Both the position numbers and the translations under genes were made by a program. From an uncultured Mycoplasmatota bacterium (GTDB taxonomy: Bacteria > Bacillota_I > Bacilli_A > RF39 > UBA660): 64,000 nt of DNA. The stretch covers positions 21,169 to 85,168 of the forward strand of contig URBG01000001.1 in the NCBI GenBank assembly GCA_900546055.1. Reading direction: 5' to 3'. Each line of letters starts with the position of its first letter. Within the stretch, counting starts at the first letter, position 1. Below the pieces are notes generated by a model. It searched no databases. It saw nothing but the letters and a program-made list of their open reading frames with translations, and was not told where the DNA came from. This document shows, in pieces, positions 58,909 through 64,000 of the stretch.

Positions 58909-59516
58909 TTTCTCACTCCCTTTGAATTTTGATAATATTTTTCACTACTAAATAAATTAATTTTTTCTAAATGTTTTTCCATCCTATTTTGCAAAAAACG
59001 ACTAGTTCCTGTTTGAATGTTGTTATGACTAGAAACCGGTCTAACTAGAATAGAATAAATTCCATACTCATTGGCTCCTTTAATATCACTCATCATTTGG
59101 TCACCAACCATAGCCACCGAATCTTTATCACTATCTAATATTTCTAAAGCTCTATCAAAAGCTGACGGAAGTGGTTTATGGGCATTAGCCAAATAACTGT
59201 CATCTAATCCCAATTCTTCTGCCACCGGAGCCACACGTTCTTCACCGTTGTTAGACATTAAACATATACCTATCTGCTTTTTTTGTAAAAGTTCTATTCT
59301 AGTTATTAATTCTTCTGGAACGTTCACATCATCCACTGGTAGTAAAGTCCCATCGATATCCAAAATAAGATTTCTAATTCCCAGATTTAATAAAAAGTCC
59401 TCATCAATTGAATAAAAACTCTCCTGATACATTGAAGGCAGTATTTTATCGATTTCTTTCCGATCACTTCGCATAACTCGCGCGAAACACTTAAGCATTT
59501 CTATGTTTTTTCCCAT
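58905..59516 (-). CDS. HAD-superfamily phosphatase, YqeG-like (HAD-IIIA)
   Basis: DIDGTL motif I, MVGDQMMSDI motif IV; overlaps deoD by 4 bp. Confidence 0.7.
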   Translation of the reverse strand: MGKNIEMLKCFARVMRSDRKEIDKILPSMYQESFYSIDEDFLLNLGIRNLILDIDGTLLPVDDVNVPEELITRIELLQKKQIGICLMSNNGEERVAPVAEELGLDDSYLANAHKPLPSAFDRALEILDSDKDSVAMVGDQMMSDIKGANEYGIYSILVRPVSSHNNIQTGTSRFLQNRMEKHLEKINLFSSEKYYQNSKGVRK

Positions 59517-59556
59517 ATTAACATCACCTACTAAATTATAACATAATGAACAAATC

Positions 59557-60786
59557 TCACAAAGTTTTCTTTCGTTTGCCTTTACGTTTTTTCCTTTTCT
59601 TTTTACGTTTTCTTAATATAACAAATACAACAATTAAAAATAAAACACCGATAACTATGAGCTTATATTCATCAAGAATTTTTAAAATTGAAATTTCTTG
59701 TTTGTCATTTAATGTAATTTCTACACTTTTTATTTTTTCACTCTTATAATAAATATCTAAATTTCCGAGCTTAGTCCCTTTTTTCATGAATGGTGTTACG
59801 GTTTTAATTCCCGAATAATCAAAATTTAAATCTTTTTTATCAAAATTATTTGGCAAATAAAGTTTTAAATTGTTCTCTAAATAAAAATCTACTTTGTCCT
59901 CTTTAGCATACTTAGTATCTAATGTTAAAATACTATCACTAGGGGTTAAAATATTTTGATAACTATAATTGGAAAGAAAATATCCATAGATTGTTTTTGC
60001 GTCCTCATAATTGTGTGGGCCTTTCTTATCATATGGAGCTCCTGTAGTTACTAATAAAAAATTCACTCCATCTTTTGAAGCTATACTTGCCAAACAAAGG
60101 CCAGCTCCATCAGTTGTTCCAGTTTTCCCACCAAGCAAATAAGTTCCAACATTACTATTGTGACGAATTTTATTTTTTAAAGTTAACCTTCCATCCGAAG
60201 TTGTATAACTACTACTAGTAACAATCTTTTTGAAATCATCATTTTTTAAAGCATACTCAAACATTAATGAAACATCTTTAACCGTCGAATAATTTTTTTC
60301 ATCATCAAGCCCAATTGGGTTGGTAAAGTGCGTTTCTTTTAAATTTAATTCCTTAGCTTTTTCATTCATAAGTTTTACAAAATTATCTTCAGTTCCACCA
60401 ATAGAGCGAGCTAAAGCTTTAGCAGCATCCGCTCCTGATGGAAGTAATAAACCATAAAGCAAATCACGATATGAAACCGTTTGACCAACTTTAAATCCTG
60501 CCGTAACTAAATTTTCTTCTAATAACCCTTTAAAGTCTTCACTGACTAAAGTCACCTTTTCATCTAGATTATCGATCTTATCAAGAGTAACTATTGCTGT
60601 CATGATTTTTGTTAAACTAGCAATTTGAACTCTTTCATTTTCATTTTTTTCATATAAAACTTTATCGTCATTCGTATTATATAAAATAGCATTAGTTGAA
60701 TGAATATCTAATTCTAATGCTTGTACACTTGTTAATAAAAATAAAGATATAAATAAACATAAAATATATTTAAAACCTTTTTTCAC
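59557..60786 (-). CDS. dacA: D-alanyl-D-alanine carboxypeptidase (PBP5/DacA-type) with C-terminal TM and K/R tail
   Basis: SxxK (SLTK), SGAD, KTG (GGKTGTT) motifs; signal peptide. Confidence 0.85.
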   Translation of the reverse strand: MKKGFKYILCLFISLFLLTSVQALELDIHSTNAILYNTNDDKVLYEKNENERVQIASLTKIMTAIVTLDKIDNLDEKVTLVSEDFKGLLEENLVTAGFKVGQTVSYRDLLYGLLLPSGADAAKALARSIGGTEDNFVKLMNEKAKELNLKETHFTNPIGLDDEKNYSTVKDVSLMFEYALKNDDFKKIVTSSSYTTSDGRLTLKNKIRHNSNVGTYLLGGKTGTTDGAGLCLASIASKDGVNFLLVTTGAPYDKKGPHNYEDAKTIYGYFLSNYSYQNILTPSDSILTLDTKYAKEDKVDFYLENNLKLYLPNNFDKKDLNFDYSGIKTVTPFMKKGTKLGNLDIYYKSEKIKSVEITLNDKQEISILKILDEYKLIVIGVLFLIVVFVILRKRKKKRKKRKGKRKKTL

Positions 60787-60828
60787 TCTATCACCTACTA
60801 TACAAGTATATCATGTTTAAAATATTAT

Positions 60829-61473
60829 TTAAACCTTTATTATTTGATATCGAGTTTGAAATATTCTTTCATCACTTATGTATTCTAAAATAAATTTGTT
60901 TTCTCTTTTACATATAATTACTCCCACTGTTTTATCATTGCAAGATCCCTTAATATTTTTATCCACGTAATTTATATACTTAGTTACTTGTCCAATATAC
61001 TCAGCTTGTATCTTTGTAACTTTAAGTTCAATAACTACAAAACAGTTGAATTTAAAATTAAAAAGCAATAAATCAATATAATGATAACTATCTCCTATTT
61101 TAATTTTAAATTCATTTTCCACATAAGTAAAACCAATTCCAAGTTCACTTAAAAAATCATCTAAATTTTCTAATATTAAACTCTTAAGCGTGTATTCATT
61201 TACTACCACTGATGTTTTACTTTCTATTATAATTGGATTTTTTATTAAAGTATTTATTTTAGGTTCTTCAAGTTCCTCCTTATAACCAATTCTTTCATAT
61301 TCATTAGATTTTATTTTTTTAGATAATTCTCTTACAGAAATACCTAGTTTTTTAATTAAGTATATATAATAACTTCGTTCACTTTCATCCGAAATAACTA
61401 ATAGCTTATAAACATGGCTCCATGTTAGCCCATCTAATTGGTGGGACAATGTCCCACCTTTATTAAATATCAA
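60829..61473 (-). pseudogene. 5'-truncated DUF1016/YhcG-family PD-(D/E)xK nuclease
   Basis: Starts on TTG at the conserved LTWSH motif with no N-terminal YhcG domain; C-terminal PD-(D/E)xK core (YIDLL…VVIELK). Confidence 0.5.
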
Positions 61474-61635
61474 ATAAAACTTTATAAGTATTTAAATCAC
61501 TCTTATTTTTAGAATAATCTTTGGCCTTTTTGTAGATTTCATTTTTAAGCAGCATTTCTTTTATTTCGCTATAATAACTAATACTGCCACCTCCTACTAT
61601 TATCATACGAGATAAAAGTCTTATTTCCTTCTTTC

Positions 61636-61664
61636 AAAAAAAAAAGATATCCAAAAAGATATCC
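61636..61664 (-). terminator. rho-independent terminator of uvrA
   Basis: Minus strand GGATATC-UUUUUG-GATATC hairpin (self-complementary GATATC arms) followed by a T10 run, directly after the uvrA stop. Confidence 0.55.
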
Positions 61665-64000
61665 TTATAAGTATGGTTTTAAAAACTGGCCTGTATAACT
61701 TTTAGGTTCATTGACTAAATCTTCTGGTGTTCCGGCAAACACAATACTTCCACCTTGATCTCCACCTTCTGGGCCTAAATCAATAATATAGTCAGCTACT
61801 TTAATAACATCTAAATTATGTTCGATAACTAAAACCGTATCACCATTATCTACTATTCTATTTAGAATAACTAACAATTTTTTAATATCATCGCTATGTA
61901 ATCCAGTAGTTGGCTCATCTAAAATAAATAAACTTTTTCCAGTTGGTTTTTTCTGTAATTCTTTAGCAAGTTTTACCCTAGCTGCTTCACCACCTGATAA
62001 AGTTGGTGCACTTTGACCAAGCTTAATATAAGAAAGTCCTACATCCAAAAGTACTTGTAATTTATTTTTAACCTTTGGAATATTTTCAAAAAATTCTAAA
62101 GCTTCTTCTACTGTCATCTCTAAAACATCATAAATGTTTTTACCTTTATATTTAATTTGTAATGTTTCTGTATTATAACGTGTTCCGTGACATACCTCAC
62201 AAGGAACATATACATCTGGTAAAAAATGCATTTCGATCTTTTTAACACCGTCACCCCAGCAAGCCTCGCATCTTCCACCTTTAACATTAAATGAGAATCT
62301 TCCTTTATCATACCCACGCATCTTTGCTTCCTTAGTCTCTGCAAACACATCACGAATATCGTCAAACACTCCAGCATAAGTTGCTGGATTAGATCTAGGT
62401 GTTCTACCAATTGGCGCTTGTGAAATATCAACTACCTTATCAATGTTTTCTAAACCTTTAATAGTTTTATATTTTCCTGGCTTATTCTTTGAACGATATA
62501 AATTATTAGCGATCACCTTATATAAAATTTCATTAACTAAAGTACTTTTACCACTGCCACTTACTCCTGTTACACAAATAAATTTACCAAGTGGAAATTT
62601 TACATTAACATTCTGTAAATTATTTTCAGTAGCACCTTTAATCTCTAAATACTTTTTATTTCCTTTTCTTCGTTTACTAGGAACTTCAATCTTTTCCTTA
62701 CCAGATAAATATCTTCCGGTTAAACTATTAGGATTTTTCATAACTTCCTCTGGCGTCCCCTCAGCCACAATTTCACCACCATGAACTCCGGCATTTGGAC
62801 CAATATCAACCAAATAATCAGCTTCCAGCATCGTATCAGTATCATGTTCCACGACAATCAAAGTATTACCTAAATCACGCATTTCCTTAAGCGAATCTAT
62901 TAAGCGTTGATTATCTCTTTGATGAAGGCCAATTGATGGTTCATCTAAGACATATAACACACCCGTTAATCTTGAACCAATCTGCGTAGCCAAACGAATA
63001 CGCTGAGCTTCACCACCTGATAACGTTCCAGCTTCACGTGATAAAGTTAAGTACTCAAGCCCCACGTTAATTAAAAAGCTTAAACGTGAATTTATCTCTT
63101 TAATAATTAATTCTGAAATTTTGTGTTGTTCATCAGTAAGCTTCAAAGTCTTAAAAAACTCAAATATATCTTTAATACTCATCTGCGTTAATTCATAAAT
63201 ATTCTTATCACCAACTAATACTGCCAAAACACTATCGTTAAGTCTTGAACCGTGGCATTTGGGACATTTTAATTCTGTCATATAATTCTCGATCCATTCG
63301 CGAATCCATGTACTTTTAGTTTCCATATAACGTCGTTCCAAATTCGTAATAATTCCTTCATATAAACCTTTGCTCGTTCTTGTATTACCATTTTTAGATG
63401 TATAGTTAAAAGTTAAAACATCATTGGTCCCATATAAAACTATATCCATCTCTTTACGAGTTAAATTCTTAATTGGCTTATCCATATCGATTTTGTAATA
63501 TTCACAAGCTGTTTGTAAATTAGTAAAAGTAATATTATTATCATCACTATTATTAATAACCTTAATAGCACCTTCACTAATACTTAAATCTTTATCAGGA
63601 ACTACTAAATCCTCATCTATTTTATATTTAATACCTAAGCCTTTACAATCCGGACAAGCACCCCATGGCGCATTAAATGAAAACATTCTAGGTTCTAATT
63701 CAGGCAATGAAAAATCACAGTCAGGACAAGCATAAGTCTCACTCATCAAGATTTTATCACCACCAACAATGTCAATCAAAACTCGTCCCTTGCCTAATTT
63801 AGTGGCAATTTCTACTGATTCAAATAACCTGCTTCTAATTTCATCTTTAATTACAAGTCTATCCACAACAACTTCAATTGTATGTTTTTTATTCTTCTCT
63901 AAAATTATTTCCTCAGATAAATCATAATCTTGTTCATCGATAACTACCCTAGCATAACCATCTTTGCGTAAATCTTCTAATAAATCCTTATGAGTCCCCT
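61665..64000 (-). CDS. uvrA: excinuclease ABC subunit A (UvrA), N-terminus beyond the window end
   Basis: Both ABC modules and zinc fingers present (CPDC…CPDCKG, CPKCHG, CEAC…CEVCHG). The frame stays open from 63866 to 64000, reading …GTHKDLLEDLRKDGYARVVIDEQ…. Confidence 0.95.
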   Translation of the reverse strand, partial: GTHKDLLEDLRKDGYARVVIDEQDYDLSEEIILEKNKKHTIEVVVDRLVIKDEIRSRLFESVEIATKLGKGRVLIDIVGGDKILMSETYACPDCDFSLPELEPRMFSFNAPWGACPDCKGLGIKYKIDEDLVVPDKDLSISEGAIKVINNSDDNNITFTNLQTACEYYKIDMDKPIKNLTRKEMDIVLYGTNDVLTFNYTSKNGNTRTSKGLYEGIITNLERRYMETKSTWIREWIENYMTELKCPKCHGSRLNDSVLAVLVGDKNIYELTQMSIKDIFEFFKTLKLTDEQHKISELIIKEINSRLSFLINVGLEYLTLSREAGTLSGGEAQRIRLATQIGSRLTGVLYVLDEPSIGLHQRDNQRLIDSLKEMRDLGNTLIVVEHDTDTMLEADYLVDIGPNAGVHGGEIVAEGTPEEVMKNPNSLTGRYLSGKEKIEVPSKRRKGNKKYLEIKGATENNLQNVNVKFPLGKFICVTGVSGSGKSTLVNEILYKVIANNLYRSKNKPGKYKTIKGLENIDKVVDISQAPIGRTPRSNPATYAGVFDDIRDVFAETKEAKMRGYDKGRFSFNVKGGRCEACWGDGVKKIEMHFLPDVYVPCEVCHGTRYNTETLQIKYKGKNIYDVLEMTVEEALEFFENIPKVKNKLQVLLDVGLSYIKLGQSAPTLSGGEAARVKLAKELQKKPTGKSLFILDEPTTGLHSDDIKKLLVILNRIVDNGDTVLVIEHNLDVIKVADYIIDLGPEGGDQGGSIVFAGTPEDLVNEPKSYTGQFLKPYL

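Noticed and set aside
61474-61620. 47-codon ORF (MIIVGGGSISYYSEIKEMLLKNEIYKK…) upstream of, and out of frame with, the DUF1016 fragment, considered as a frameshifted N-terminus
   Set aside because: Its sequence does not resemble the YhcG N-terminal domain that precedes the WSH motif in family members. Truncation rather than a simple frameshift is more likely.
1-64000. Possibility of Mollicutes-type genetic code 4 (TGA=Trp), given the very low GC
   Set aside because: Long ORFs (SMC 980 aa, UvrA, ABC exporters) are uninterrupted under the standard code. TGA is used as a stop that gives correct C-termini (for example the poly-Lys end at 53599-53601). Code 11 is therefore assumed.
1-64000. CRISPR arrays, rRNA or tRNA genes
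   Set aside because: No regularly spaced direct repeats and no tRNA-like or rRNA-like conserved segments were seen. The integrative element does not abut a tRNA but sits inside a protein-coding gene.

Overview
The window is about 64 kb of low-GC Firmicutes-type chromosome (by eye under 30% GC, AT-rich intergenics). It uses the standard code: TGA is a stop (for example at 53599-53601) and ORFs of nearly 1,000 aa read through. Almost all genes lie on the minus strand. Housekeeping content includes the dnaG-rpoD(sigA)-trmK synteny typical of Bacilli/Erysipelotrichia-like genomes, smc, def, uvrA (runs off the window end), uvsE, rarA, holA, uppP, queH, deoD, dacA, ftsW/rodA-family, comEA-comEC, an orphan prepilin-peptidase/GspF-like pair, a zinc/metal cluster, a heterodimeric ABC exporter pair, two tandem polysaccharide deacetylases and an OmpR-type two-component system. 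No rRNA, tRNA or CRISPR array was recognised. The main accessory feature is a roughly 7.85 kb integrase-bearing element at about 46948-54801. It appears to have inserted in-frame into a gene for a secreted protein, whose two halves are now at 54776-55438 and 46354-46998, and it is flanked by an 8-bp direct repeat. Its cargo is a co-oriented cassette of GT2 glycosyltransferase, a HipA-like kinase, a small P-loop kinase and a NUDIX hydrolase. The element also carries an HTH-UvrD-like helicase split at an A9 tract, a full tyrosine integrase and a truncated second integrase. This cassette is the best candidate for an undescribed toxin/defence-type system. Other points: an unannotated 56-aa YjcZ-like gene at 36092-36262, a small gene with a perfect consensus promoter at 22815-23138, a GspF-like protein with a 270-aa N-terminal extension, and several 5'-truncated gene remnants that start on TTG.
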